Source of the DNA: Patescibacteria group bacterium
GTDB taxonomy: Bacteria > Patescibacteriota > Patescibacteriia > Patescibacteriales > UBA12465
DNA length: 64,000 nucleotides
NCBI GenBank assembly: GCA_034002925.1
Contig: JAVEZP010000001.1
Coordinates: forward strand, 66,523 to 130,522
Reading direction: 5' to 3'
The translations under genes were made by a program, and so were the position numbers. Shown one piece after another: positions 48,459 through 59,038 of the stretch. Position 1 is the stretch's first letter, and each line of letters opens with the position of its first letter. The notes beneath the pieces were generated by a model, which did not search any database, was not told where the DNA came from, and saw only the letters and a list, made by a program, of their open reading frames with translations.

Positions 48459-50672
48459 ATGCAATTAATCATTGTCGAGTCCCCCACTAAAGCCAAAACA
48501 ATTAGTAAATTTTTAGACAAAAAATACCAAGTTGAGTCTTCTTTTGGTCATATTCGCGATCTTCCTAGTAGTACTATGGGCGTAGATATAGAAAATAATT
48601 TTGAACCTAAATACGTTATTCCCACTAAAAGTAAAAAAACTGTTTCCCAATTAAAAAAAGCAGCTGAAAAAGCAGAAACTATTATTTTAGCTTCTGATGA
48701 AGACCGCGAAGGAGAAGCAATTGCTTGGCATCTCAGTCAAGCTTTAAAGTTAAAAGATCAACAAATTAAAAGAATTGTTTTTCATGAAATTACTAAAAGC
48801 GCTATCTTACATGCCTTAGACCATCCACGCAGCATTAATCAAGATTTAGTAGATGCACAACAGGCGCGAAGAATACTAGATCGTTTAGTTGGTTATGAAC
48901 TATCTCCTTTCTTGTGGAAAAAAGTGGCTAAAGGATTATCAGCTGGTCGCGTTCAAAGTGTAGCTATTCGTTTAGTGGTAGAAAGAGAAAGAGAAATTAG
49001 TGCTTTTCAAGCTCAAGAGTACTGGACTGTGAATGCAAAATATTCTGTTGATAAATTAAAATACGAAGCAAATTTATTAAAAATTAATAATAAAAGTTTT
49101 GATAAATTAAGCATCAGCCAAGAAATTGCTGAAAAAATTGTTACCGCCTCACAAGGAGCTAGTCATCAGATTATTAAAATAGAGCGAAAAAAAACAACTA
49201 AACAACCTGGAGCTCCATTTACCACCTCCACCTTGCAACAAGCGGCTAATCGCTATCTTGGTTTTAGCGCTAAACAAACCATGATTGTTGCACAAAAGCT
49301 ATATGAACAAGGTTATATTAGCTACATGCGTACTGACTCTGTAAATTTATCCGCTCAATTTTTAGAAGAAGCAAAGGCTCATCTATTACAAACACTGGGA
49401 AAGGAATATGTATTAGATAAACCTCGAGTATTTAAGTCAAAAAGCAAGAACGCTCAGGAGGCTCACGAAGCAATTAGACCGACTCTGGCCAGTCGCGAAC
49501 CAGAATCAATGATGTCAATATTAGATCGTAATCAATATCGACTATACAATCTTATTTGGCAAAAATCACTAGCCACTCAAATGCCAGCCGCTGAGTTTAA
49601 TGCCAGTAATATTGATACCGAAATGACAGCTCAAAATCAAGATAAATATTTGTTTAGAGCTAATGGTCAAATCATGACTTTTGATGGCTATCTTAAAATA
49701 TATCCAGAAAAAACTAGTGAACAAGAGCTTCCACCAGTTAAAGAAAAGCAAACTGTCACTTTAGATAAATTAAATACTGAACAACATTTTACCAAAGCGC
49801 CAGCACGTTATAGTGATGCTGGTCTAGTTAAAGAGCTTGAAAAATATGGCATTGGTCGCCCATCGACTTATGCCCCTACAATTGCCACCATTATCACCCG
49901 TAACTATGTTGAGCGTAACTCAGAAAAACGTCTTCAAGCGACTCCTATCAGTTTTATAGTTAATGATTTACTGGTCGAACATTTCCCTAAAATTGTTGAT
50001 TATAATTTTACCGCTAGTCTAGAAGATTCTCTTGACCAAGTAGCTTTAGGTGAAAAAAGTTGGCAACCATTAATTGCTGATTTTTATCAAGACTTTCATA
50101 CTAATTTAGAAAAAAAATACGAAAATATTAAAAAAAGTGATATTATGCCTGAAGAAACATCCAATGAAAAATGTGATAAATGTGGTGCAAACATGCTAAT
50201 TAAAACTGGCCGCTATGGCAAATTTTTAGCTTGCAGCGCTTATCCTGAATGTAAAAATATTAAAAAAATGACAGGTGAAAAAATTAATCAAGAAGAAAAT
50301 CCTGATTTACAAAACCTAAAAGAAAAATATCGCAATGAAACATGTGACAAGTGCGGCGCAGAAATGGTGGTGCGAAATGGAAGATACGGACCATTTCTAG
50401 CTTGTAGTGCCTATCCTAAATGTAAAAATATTAAAAACATTAATGAGGAAAAAGGACCAGAAATTATTTGTCCAGCTTGTAAAAAAGGAAAAATAATTAA
50501 AAAATTTAGTCGTCGCGGTGCTTTCTATGCTTGCAGCGCTTACCCAGATTGTAAAAATGCTTACTGGGGACAACCAACTGGAGAAAAATGCCCTGATTGT
50601 GACTCGCTCCTCATTAAAAACAAAGAAGGTGAAATAGTTTGTAGCGATAAGGGTTGCGGCTATAAAAAATAA
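48459..50672 (+). CDS. topA: DNA topoisomerase I with three C-terminal C4 zinc-ribbon repeats
   Basis: TOPRIM (LIIVESPTKAK, ASDEDREGEAIAWH), active-site region (YISYMRTDS), three CxxC...C(S)AYPxCK zinc ribbons. Confidence 0.9.
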   Translation: MQLIIVESPTKAKTISKFLDKKYQVESSFGHIRDLPSSTMGVDIENNFEPKYVIPTKSKKTVSQLKKAAEKAETIILASDEDREGEAIAWHLSQALKLKDQQIKRIVFHEITKSAILHALDHPRSINQDLVDAQQARRILDRLVGYELSPFLWKKVAKGLSAGRVQSVAIRLVVEREREISAFQAQEYWTVNAKYSVDKLKYEANLLKINNKSFDKLSISQEIAEKIVTASQGASHQIIKIERKKTTKQPGAPFTTSTLQQAANRYLGFSAKQTMIVAQKLYEQGYISYMRTDSVNLSAQFLEEAKAHLLQTLGKEYVLDKPRVFKSKSKNAQEAHEAIRPTLASREPESMMSILDRNQYRLYNLIWQKSLATQMPAAEFNASNIDTEMTAQNQDKYLFRANGQIMTFDGYLKIYPEKTSEQELPPVKEKQTVTLDKLNTEQHFTKAPARYSDAGLVKELEKYGIGRPSTYAPTIATIITRNYVERNSEKRLQATPISFIVNDLLVEHFPKIVDYNFTASLEDSLDQVALGEKSWQPLIADFYQDFHTNLEKKYENIKKSDIMPEETSNEKCDKCGANMLIKTGRYGKFLACSAYPECKNIKKMTGEKINQEENPDLQNLKEKYRNETCDKCGAEMVVRNGRYGPFLACSAYPKCKNIKNINEEKGPEIICPACKKGKIIKKFSRRGAFYACSAYPDCKNAYWGQPTGEKCPDCDSLLIKNKEGEIVCSDKGCGYKK

Positions 50673-50686
50673 AATGATTAACAAAA

Positions 50687-50713
50687 AAACAAGCTGCTAA
50701 AGCTTGTTTTTAA
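50687..50713. terminator. Bidirectional terminator between topA and the convergent small gene
   Basis: aaacaagct-gctaa-agcttgttt with flanking A- and T-runs. Confidence 0.65.
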
Positions 50714-50729
50714 TTACTTGAATTTAATT

Positions 50730-51044
50730 TTATTTTCTATTGCTCTTTTTTTTATCTTCACTAGCAGAGCGCTTACGTTCTTGTCTTTGTTCAGCAAAAT
50801 CAAAGCCTTTCTTTACTAGATTACTTAAAATCATTAAATAAGAAGCACTGCTAGAGACTTTATCCTTGATTAAATCAATTAAAGACTCAGCTTTTTCCAC
50901 TCCACTTTCAATACGTTTAATTAGACGAAAAGTACGTCTGCCACTAGCAATAATATAATAAAGAGCCCAACAAATAAAGAATACCAGAGTGGCAATTGAA
51001 AGAGCGGCTACTAAATTTAAAATGTCTTTTGAGGTCTCTAACAT
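50730..51044 (-). CDS. Small membrane-anchored protein with a basic C-terminal tail, hypothetical
   Basis: One N-terminal TM, coiled-coil, KR-rich tail. Confidence 0.45.
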   Translation of the reverse strand: MLETSKDILNLVAALSIATLVFFICWALYYIIASGRRTFRLIKRIESGVEKAESLIDLIKDKVSSSASYLMILSNLVKKGFDFAEQRQERKRSASEDKKKSNRK

Positions 51045-51089
51045 AAATTTTATATCATTCTTATAATCAGAATGATATAATTACATTGA

Positions 51090-53516
51090 TTAACTAATTC
51101 TTATTTGAGCTTCAAATTTTTCTTGAAGATGTGTAACTAGCTGAGCTTGAATATTATCAACCAAAGTAGAGGTGAGAGTCTGGCTATTGTCTTGATACGT
51201 TAAATGAAAAGCCCAGCTCTTTTTATTTACTCCTAAATTTTCTCCTTGATAAATATCAAATAAATCAGCGGCTATTAACAAGGGATGAAAGTTGATTAAT
51301 TCCTTCCAGAAATCATTATACATTATTTTTTCATCTACCACAAAAGCGACATCACGACTAACCGCCGGATATTTAGGACTAGCTTCATAATTTAAGTTAG
51401 TATTTTTTTGCCATAAAGACATTAAATCAGGTAAATTAATCTCTGCGATTGCCACTTTAGTTTTTACACCAAACACACTAGCAGCTTGTTTATTGTATTG
51501 CCCTACAACGCCAATATTTTTTCCCAAACAAACTATTTGAGCTGCTCGATTTTTTTCAGACCAAGAAGGATTATTTTCTAAGGCAACAAACTCAATTAAT
51601 CCTTTAGGTAATAAGGCATTAAGCAATAGTTTAATTAATGACTTTAATTTAATTAATACTTCGTCTGCCTTATCACCGGCTACTAACATCCCTAAACGCT
51701 TACCTTGATAAGGTAAGTGATCGTCATTTTTAGAATCATTCTTTAAAAATATGCCCGGGCTATTAAGAAAAACTCGTCCAATTTCAAAAATAGCAAAATT
51801 ATCAAAATTAAACTGATTTAACCTTACATTTGACATCAAGCCAACAAATAAATTTTGTCTTAAAAGCTCATGATTGTTGTTCATGGGATTTAATAGACTT
51901 AGATAATGATCGCTACTTAAATTAAGTTTAGTTAAAGCTGATTCGCCCACAAAAGAATAATTATAGACTTCATTCATTGCTCCAGCACCACTTAAGACAT
52001 CTTTAATTTTATACTCAAATTCTCTTTCTGTATTTACAATTGGCATCTGTAACGAAGCAGTTGGCAAAAGCACAGGTACTTGATTATAACCAAGCACTCT
52101 CGCAATTTCTTCTAATATATCTTCAGGAATATTTACATCCTTAATAGCACGCCAACTAGGAACCTTTACTTTAAAAAGATTTTTTTCAGCAACAACTTGA
52201 AAACCCAAGTGTTCCAAAATATATAAAACATCTTTGCGACTAATGTCATAACCTAAACTTTTTTTCAACCATGAAAAATTAAACTCTATTTCTTTTTCTT
52301 TAGGCACATCTAAAAAGCTATCATTAATCGCACTAGCTAATTCTGCTTCGGGCATTATTTCTTTAATTAATTGCCAAGCTCTTTGCCAAGCTAATTGAGG
52401 CAAAAAGGGATCTAAAGTTTTTTCAAAACGCATCGATGCGTCTGTACGCAAATTTAAAGCTTGAGAAGAACGACGAATAGAAACAGCATCAAAAGTCGCG
52501 GCTTCTAAAATAATACTACTAGTATCTTCTTTAATGGCACTATTTAGTCCTCCCATAATACCAGCGATAGCAATAATTTCTTCTTGATTACTGATAACGA
52601 TTGTACCAGGATTTAAAACTCTTTCTTTTTCATCTAAAGTTTCCAAACTAGCCTCTTCTTTAGTTTGATGGACTATAATTTTTTTAATATTTGTCGCATC
52701 AAATACGTGCAAAGGTTGCCCCAATTCCAACATGACATAATTTGTAATATCTACCAAAGCATTAATTGGCTTCACGCCTAAAGCAGATAAACGATCCTTC
52801 AACCAAGCTGGAGATTCAATAGCTTTAACATTATTAATTTTAACCGCTATATAACGTGAACAGATTTTTTTATCTTCCACTTTAACATTAAGTTTCTCAT
52901 TCACTTTTGGCTTTATTAATTCTTCTGAAATATTAATTGCTTCTTTTAAAGGGCTCTTTAACAGCACACTTAATTCTCTCGCCATACCATAATGTCCCCA
53001 CAGATCGCCGCGATTAGAAAGAGACTTGTTATCAATTTCAAAAATGATGTCGTTTAAAGATAAATATTCAGCCAATGGTTGCCCCACTTTAGCTTTATCA
53101 GATAACACTAAAATACCTTCATGATCATCACCTAAACCAAGTTCATCTTCAGCACAAATCATGCCAAATGACTTCTCTCCCCTAATCTCTGACTCTTTAA
53201 TTTCTAAGCCATTAGGTAGCTTAGCTCCAATTAAAGCCAAGGCAACTTTTTGCCCAGCTTGTAAATTGGACGCTCCACAAACTATATCTAAAACTTCTTT
53301 TTTATAATCAACCTTAGCTAAACGCAGTCGATCCGCATTCGGATGAGGCGCGACTGATAATACTTTAGCGACTACCACTTTATTAAAATCATCTTGCTGT
53401 CGACGCCAAGACTCAACCTCAACCGTATGCATCGTTAATAATTCAGCAATATGCTCAGCTTCAATTTTAGCTGGAATTTTAACAAAATCTTTTAAGCAAT
53501 TAAGGGATAAATACAT
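51090..53516 (-). CDS. pheT: Phenylalanyl-tRNA synthetase beta subunit
   Basis: N-terminal tRNA-binding (EMAP-like) domain (EKSFGMICAEDELGL), B3/B4 and B5 regions, C-terminal FDX-ACB-like domain. 808 aa. Confidence 0.9.
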   Translation of the reverse strand: MYLSLNCLKDFVKIPAKIEAEHIAELLTMHTVEVESWRRQQDDFNKVVVAKVLSVAPHPNADRLRLAKVDYKKEVLDIVCGASNLQAGQKVALALIGAKLPNGLEIKESEIRGEKSFGMICAEDELGLGDDHEGILVLSDKAKVGQPLAEYLSLNDIIFEIDNKSLSNRGDLWGHYGMARELSVLLKSPLKEAINISEELIKPKVNEKLNVKVEDKKICSRYIAVKINNVKAIESPAWLKDRLSALGVKPINALVDITNYVMLELGQPLHVFDATNIKKIIVHQTKEEASLETLDEKERVLNPGTIVISNQEEIIAIAGIMGGLNSAIKEDTSSIILEAATFDAVSIRRSSQALNLRTDASMRFEKTLDPFLPQLAWQRAWQLIKEIMPEAELASAINDSFLDVPKEKEIEFNFSWLKKSLGYDISRKDVLYILEHLGFQVVAEKNLFKVKVPSWRAIKDVNIPEDILEEIARVLGYNQVPVLLPTASLQMPIVNTEREFEYKIKDVLSGAGAMNEVYNYSFVGESALTKLNLSSDHYLSLLNPMNNNHELLRQNLFVGLMSNVRLNQFNFDNFAIFEIGRVFLNSPGIFLKNDSKNDDHLPYQGKRLGMLVAGDKADEVLIKLKSLIKLLLNALLPKGLIEFVALENNPSWSEKNRAAQIVCLGKNIGVVGQYNKQAASVFGVKTKVAIAEINLPDLMSLWQKNTNLNYEASPKYPAVSRDVAFVVDEKIMYNDFWKELINFHPLLIAADLFDIYQGENLGVNKKSWAFHLTYQDNSQTLTSTLVDNIQAQLVTHLQEKFEAQIRIS

Positions 53517-53528
53517 ACAAAAATTATT

Positions 53529-54554
53529 TTAAAATTGTTTCAGAAAGCGTAAATCGCCACTGTTAAATAAACGAATATCATCTATATTATACTTTAACAT
53601 CACTAAACGATTTAAACCAAAACCAAAAGCAAAGCCAGAATACACCTCAGGGTCGATACCGCCCGCTCGCATCACATTAGGATGAATTAAACCACAACCT
53701 AAAATTTCTAACCAGCCAGAATATTTACAAACACGACATCCTTGGCCGTGGCATAAGAAACAGGTATATTCCCCATTAGAGCCTGGCTCCACGAAAGGAT
53801 AGAATTTTGGCCTCATTCTTAATTGTGTCTCTGGGCCATAAAGTTTTTTACCAACCATTTCTAAAATACTTTTCATGTGGGCAAAATTAATATTTTTGCC
53901 AATCATCATTCCTTCTAATTGATAAAAAGTGTGTTCATGGCGAGCATCGGTTGCCTCGCAACGAAAAACTCTACCCGGCATAATTGCCCTCAGAGGTGCT
54001 CCATATTTTCTCATCGCTCTAACTTGAGTGTTAGAAGTTTGAGTTCGCATTGTTAAATCACTGACCTTATCCTCATTCTGACTTTTTACATAAAAAGTAT
54101 CCTGCATATCTCTAGCTGGATGATGCGGTGGAACATTTAACGCTTCAAAATTATAAAACTCACTCTCTAACTCCGGTCCATCTAAAACCATAAAGCCTAA
54201 AGAAGAAAAGAAGTCTTCAATCTCTCTTTGTACTAAAGTAATAGGATGAAGTGAGCCCTTCTCTAAATCCAGCCCAGGCAAACTAGGGTCGAAAAAATCT
54301 TCAGAGACATCATTTTCGATAGTTGACCGAGCTACATCAAAACGATTTTGGAGTTCTTTTTTAATGGCATTAGCCATTTCTCCTATCTCTCTGCGTACAT
54401 CTAAACTTAAATCTTTTAAGCCTCCTAAAATTTGACTCAACTCTCCTTTGCGAGATAAATAACGAAGCTCTAATTCTCTTAAAGTGTTGGCATCTGTAGC
54501 TTTTTCTAAATTATCAAGAAATTCCTGTTTTAGTTTTTCTAATTTTATTTTCAT
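53529..54554 (-). CDS. pheS: Phenylalanyl-tRNA synthetase alpha subunit
   Basis: Class II motifs (FRCEATDARHEHTFYQLEGMMIG; GFAFGFGLNRLVMLKY). Confidence 0.9.
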   Translation of the reverse strand: MKIKLEKLKQEFLDNLEKATDANTLRELELRYLSRKGELSQILGGLKDLSLDVRREIGEMANAIKKELQNRFDVARSTIENDVSEDFFDPSLPGLDLEKGSLHPITLVQREIEDFFSSLGFMVLDGPELESEFYNFEALNVPPHHPARDMQDTFYVKSQNEDKVSDLTMRTQTSNTQVRAMRKYGAPLRAIMPGRVFRCEATDARHEHTFYQLEGMMIGKNINFAHMKSILEMVGKKLYGPETQLRMRPKFYPFVEPGSNGEYTCFLCHGQGCRVCKYSGWLEILGCGLIHPNVMRAGGIDPEVYSGFAFGFGLNRLVMLKYNIDDIRLFNSGDLRFLKQF

Positions 54555-54943
54555 ATTTTCTTGTATTTTTGTCTTCTATAACTAGTCACAAATAATTCTA
54601 AAATTACAAAAATGATTAATAGCAAACTAATATTTAACCATGTAAAAAGCTCAAGCGATAATAATAAAAAAGAAATACTGATAAATAAAGCAAACAGAAA
54701 TGATTGACGAAAGGCATTACTGACTGCATAAAAAACTAAAGAATGACGAAGAGCTACAAAACGTACAAAAAATCCTAATAAGGCAGCCGTGCTTGATAGA
54801 GATAAAAATAAAGACACGTAGAACAAAGATAAGCCCAACCAATTAGTGGCTAATGGATCAATAATATTTAAAATTAAAATAAAAATACCCCAAGCTAAAA
54901 TACTTAACAGGCCCATGACAATTAAATAATTTTTTAAAGTCAT
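54551..54943 (-). CDS. Polytopic small membrane protein, hypothetical
   Basis: 130 aa with 4 predicted TM helices. Overlaps the pheS start by 4 nt (coupled). Confidence 0.45.
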   Translation of the reverse strand: MTLKNYLIVMGLLSILAWGIFILILNIIDPLATNWLGLSLFYVSLFLSLSSTAALLGFFVRFVALRHSLVFYAVSNAFRQSFLFALFISISFLLLSLELFTWLNISLLLIIFVILELFVTSYRRQKYKKI

Positions 54944-54947
54944 AAAT

Positions 54948-57599
54948 TTATTCTTTACTTAAAGTTTTATTAATCTGCTCAAGTTCAAATTGATACTTTT
55001 CTAATTTTTCCTTCTCTACACTCACCACATTAGCTGGAGCCTTATTAACAAAATCCTTATTTTCTAAACGATGCTTTAAAGCGCTAATTATTTGAGTAAG
55101 CTGTTTTTGTTCTTTGAGTAATCTTTGCTGTTCTTTCTCAGGGTCAATCGCACCTAAAAGATATATTTCTGTGGCTCCTAAAACTATCTTAATTGCCTTG
55201 TCTTCTATATTTTGATGAACAAGCTCAAGGCTTTCAACTCCTGTTTTTAAGCCTATAATTAAATGGGCTTGTTCTAATAATAAATTAGCTTGTGCTCCAG
55301 CCACTAGAGCTTTAACTTTACGCGCCGGTTCTATCTTGTTGGCGCTTCGAGCATTGCGAATCGCCACAATCGCTTCTTGAATGAAAATAAAGTCTGACGG
55401 TGACACAATCGCTTCATCTCTAGCTTGAGGCCAAGCGGTAGTCATTAATAAAGAATCAGAAAAACTTTGCCAGATTGTTTCAGTCACAAAAGGAATAAAG
55501 GGATGCCACATAATCAAGAGGGTTTTAAGGATGTGTAATAATATTTCATCTTTATTACCCTCAATCTTAGCAATTTCTAAATACCAATCCGCCAACTTAT
55601 TCCAAGTATAATCATACAATAATTCTGAGGCAGCCGAAAAATCATAATTATTTAATAATAAAGTGCTTTCTCTAACTACTTGATTTAATTCTGCCATTAT
55701 CCATTTATCCGCTAAACTTTTTGGCACTGGCTGAAGATCTTTAATTTCCAAGTTATCACTTTGAATATTACTGAGAATAAAACGAGAGATATTCCATAAT
55801 TTATTAATAAAATTACGTTTAGATTCAATCTTTTCTTCATTATAACGAGCATCATTACCAGGTGTAGAGCCCATTAATAATGACAACCTAACAGCATCGG
55901 CTCCATATTTGTCAATCACCTCTAAGGGGTCAACGCCATTACCTTTTGATTTAGACATTTTCTTGCCATTACTATCTAAAATGGTGCCATGTAAATATAC
56001 TTTCGAAAATGGTTTTTCTCCCAAAGCAAACAGAGACATCATAATCATGCGTGAAACCCAAAGGGTTAGGATTTCATAACCAGTTTCTAACACTTGCGTA
56101 GGATGAAATTTAGCTAGATCATTCTGCTTTATCTGATTTTGATAATTACGAGGCCAACCAAGTGTAGAAAAGGTCCACATACCAGACGAAAACCAAGTGT
56201 CTAGCGTGTCTTCATCTTGTTGCCAATCTGATCCAGAGGGAGCATTAAGACCAACATAAACCTCATCACCCCGATACCAAGCAGGGATACTATGACCAAA
56301 CCAAATTTGGCGAGAAATACACCAATCATGCAAATTTGTCATCCAATCTTGATAGCGCTTTTCAAATCTATTAGGAATAAATTCTAATTCTTTGTTCAAA
56401 GACAATTCTAAAGCGGCTGCCTTCATTGATTTATTACCTAGCTTGACAAGAGGCTTGTCTACTGCTACAAACCACTGCTTAGAAGGTAAAGGCTCAATAG
56501 GAGTGTCACAGCGATAACAACAAGAAAGATTATGATCAATTTCTTCTTCTTTCTCCATCAAGCCTCGAGCTTTTAATTCGGTCACTATTTTTTCTCTTGC
56601 CTCTTTCGCTGTTAATCCGGCATAGACACCAAAGCCAGGCAATATTCTTGCATCCTCATCAATTACTTTAATAGTAGACAATTGATGCTTTTGGGCCATT
56701 TGCCAATCTATCTCTGAATGGGCTGGTGTTACCCCTAAAGCCCCCGTGCCAAAATCTGCTTCCACTTGTTCATCTGCTACCACTTTTAAATTTAAAGCTT
56801 GACCGCAAAAATCTAAATTATATGTTTTTGCTATTTCTGATTGATAGCGACTATCATTAGGATTAACCGCAATAGCTGTATCTCCTAATTTAGTTTCTGG
56901 ACGAGTGGTAGCAATGGTAATTGGACAATCATGACTATATTTAAAAGTGTATAAAATTGTTTTTTGTTCTTTGTATTCAACCTCATCATCCGCTAAAGTT
57001 GAATGACAGCGAGGACACCAATTAACCAATCTTTCACCACGATAGATAACACCCGCCTCATACATATCAACAAACATACGACGCACTGACTCCTGTCTAT
57101 CCTCATCCAGTGTGAAAGCTAAACGTGACCAATCCAAAGATGCTCCCATTTTACGAATTTGACCTAAAATCGTATTTTGAGTTTCTTTAACAAACTTATC
57201 TACTTCTATCAGAAACTTTTCCTTGCCTAAATCATGTCGAGTAAGCTGTTTTTCGGCTAACATTTTTTTCTCAACCATGTTTTGAGTAGCAATGGCAGCA
57301 TGATCTGTGCCTGGTAACCATAAAACTCGCTCACCCTGTTGACGGTGATAGCGAACCATTAAATCTTCAATAGCCAACATAGCACTATGCCCTAAGTGTA
57401 ATTTTGCTGTAATATTAGGGGGTGGCAAAATAACCGTATAACTAGGCGCATCGGCATTAAGCTGAAGATTATCTGGATTAAAACAACCAGAATTTTCCCA
57501 TTTTTGATAAATAGAATCCTCGTGTAAGGCAGGGTTATAGCTTTTATCTAATTCTTGTTTCATACCTTTTAAATTACCAAAAATAAGCCTTGGCGTCAA
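54948..57599 (-). CDS. valS: Valyl-tRNA synthetase
   Basis: PPPNITAKLHLGHS (HIGH), KMSKSKGN (KMSKS), editing domain, C-terminal coiled-coil. 883 aa. Confidence 0.9.
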   Translation of the reverse strand: MTPRLIFGNLKGMKQELDKSYNPALHEDSIYQKWENSGCFNPDNLQLNADAPSYTVILPPPNITAKLHLGHSAMLAIEDLMVRYHRQQGERVLWLPGTDHAAIATQNMVEKKMLAEKQLTRHDLGKEKFLIEVDKFVKETQNTILGQIRKMGASLDWSRLAFTLDEDRQESVRRMFVDMYEAGVIYRGERLVNWCPRCHSTLADDEVEYKEQKTILYTFKYSHDCPITIATTRPETKLGDTAIAVNPNDSRYQSEIAKTYNLDFCGQALNLKVVADEQVEADFGTGALGVTPAHSEIDWQMAQKHQLSTIKVIDEDARILPGFGVYAGLTAKEAREKIVTELKARGLMEKEEEIDHNLSCCYRCDTPIEPLPSKQWFVAVDKPLVKLGNKSMKAAALELSLNKELEFIPNRFEKRYQDWMTNLHDWCISRQIWFGHSIPAWYRGDEVYVGLNAPSGSDWQQDEDTLDTWFSSGMWTFSTLGWPRNYQNQIKQNDLAKFHPTQVLETGYEILTLWVSRMIMMSLFALGEKPFSKVYLHGTILDSNGKKMSKSKGNGVDPLEVIDKYGADAVRLSLLMGSTPGNDARYNEEKIESKRNFINKLWNISRFILSNIQSDNLEIKDLQPVPKSLADKWIMAELNQVVRESTLLLNNYDFSAASELLYDYTWNKLADWYLEIAKIEGNKDEILLHILKTLLIMWHPFIPFVTETIWQSFSDSLLMTTAWPQARDEAIVSPSDFIFIQEAIVAIRNARSANKIEPARKVKALVAGAQANLLLEQAHLIIGLKTGVESLELVHQNIEDKAIKIVLGATEIYLLGAIDPEKEQQRLLKEQKQLTQIISALKHRLENKDFVNKAPANVVSVEKEKLEKYQFELEQINKTLSKE

Positions 57600-57611
57600 C
57601 TCTAAATTACC

Positions 57612-58838
57612 TTGACTCTAGCGAAAAATAATTATATATTTAATGGTTGCTCTAATCATAATTTAATCCTAATGCTTAATCTGGAAGAACAAATTAATAA
57701 ACAACTCCAAAAAGCCAACAACATCTTAATTGTCTTTAATTCAGATTGGGAAGGAGACGCTATTGCTTCATCTTTAGCTTTGTTTTTATTTCTAAAAAAA
57801 ATCAATAAAAATGTTGATATAGCAGCTGCTAAAAATTCCTTTATTGCTCCTGAAAAAAATGATAAACATCTTTGGCAATTTCTGCCATCCTTTCAGTCTA
57901 TTACCCACACCTTAGTTAACTTAAGAAAATTCATTGTTTCTCTAAATATTAAACAAGCCAGTATTAGTCAGATTAAATACAGCGTTGAAGGAGAAAAATT
58001 AAACTTTATTATTGCTCCCGAAAAAGGCTGGTTCAAACCAGAAGACGTAAGCTCACATTCTAGCGGCTTTAAATATGATTTAATCTTTTGTGTGGACAGC
58101 CCCGATTTAGAATCTCTTGGTAGTATTTATGATAATAATGTAGAATTTTTTCATAAAACTCCTATTATTAATATTGACCATCAAGCTGATAATGAAGAAT
58201 ATGGACAAATTAACTATTTAGATTTAAATCTCGCCTCTAGCGCAGAAATGATATATCGAATTATTAATAATCATAATTCAGAAATGATGAATGAAGATAT
58301 TGCCACTTGTCTATTAGCGGGCATCATTGCCAAAACTAAAAATTATAAAGTACCAAATTTAACCCCTCGTACACTTTTAACTAGCTCTAAATTAATCAGT
58401 GCCGGTGCTCGTAGAGAAGAAATAGTACAAAACATTTATCGTTCTCGTTCCTTAGAATCACTAAAAGCTTGGGGTCAAATATTAAGTAATTTAAATAATA
58501 GTAGTGAGTATAAATTAATTTGGTCAACTATTGAATTACAAGACTCTCAATCTTTAGATGATGAAATTTTTCACTTTGATGAATTAGCTGAAGAAATATT
58601 TAGCAGCTCTCCTCAGGCTCAAATATTTATATTACTCGCTAAATGTAAAAACAATAAAGAAGGCGAAATTCTAGCTTACGCCAATAAAGGCTATAGCGCT
58701 CACCATCTTTTAACTGAATGGCGGATAATTTACAAAAAACAACAGAAGGTTTTGGCTGATAATGTAACTATTAATGATAACTGGCCTCACGATTTATTAG
58801 AAAGTATCAAAAAACGTCTTGATAAAAATGTCCGCTGA
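57612..58838 (+). CDS. DHH-family phosphoesterase (NrnA/RecJ-like core with DHHA1-like C-terminus); motifs partly degenerate
   Basis: Motif I-like NSDWEGDAIAS, motif II CVDSPD, motif III NIDHQADN (DHQ in place of DHH), C-terminal GYSAHH region. Confidence 0.65.
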   Translation: MTLAKNNYIFNGCSNHNLILMLNLEEQINKQLQKANNILIVFNSDWEGDAIASSLALFLFLKKINKNVDIAAAKNSFIAPEKNDKHLWQFLPSFQSITHTLVNLRKFIVSLNIKQASISQIKYSVEGEKLNFIIAPEKGWFKPEDVSSHSSGFKYDLIFCVDSPDLESLGSIYDNNVEFFHKTPIINIDHQADNEEYGQINYLDLNLASSAEMIYRIINNHNSEMMNEDIATCLLAGIIAKTKNYKVPNLTPRTLLTSSKLISAGARREEIVQNIYRSRSLESLKAWGQILSNLNNSSEYKLIWSTIELQDSQSLDDEIFHFDELAEEIFSSSPQAQIFILLAKCKNNKEGEILAYANKGYSAHHLLTEWRIIYKKQQKVLADNVTINDNWPHDLLESIKKRLDKNVR

Positions 58839-58878
58839 TGATATAACAAAAAAGAAGTCTAGTCTAAGACTTCTAAAA

Positions 58879-58951
58879 GCGCCTATAGCTCAGGGGTTAG
58901 AGCACCGCTCTTATAAAGCGGGGGTCGATGGTTCAATTCCATCTAGGCGCA
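58879..58951 (+). tRNA. tRNA with anticodon UAU (AUA-decoding tRNA-Ile type)
   Basis: Acceptor gcgccta/taggcgc. D arm gctc-aggggtta-gagc. Anticodon stem ccgct/agcgg with loop cuUAUaa. T arm gatgg-ttcaatt-ccatc. Discriminator A. Confidence 0.75.
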
Positions 58952-58999
58952 CAAATACCGACTATTTAATTGCCGGCTTTTAATTTTATTAATTTCCTG

Positions 59000-59028
59000 T
59001 TGCCAAGTTTGCACCTATACAATATAAT
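59000..59028 (+). promoter_or_regulatory. Near-consensus sigma70 promoter (TTGCCA-N17-TATAAT) driving tRNA-Val
   Basis: ttgcca at 59000-59005, 17-nt spacer, tataat at 59023-59028, about 10 nt before the tRNA 5' end. Confidence 0.5.
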
Positions 59029-59038
59029 AAAGCATATA

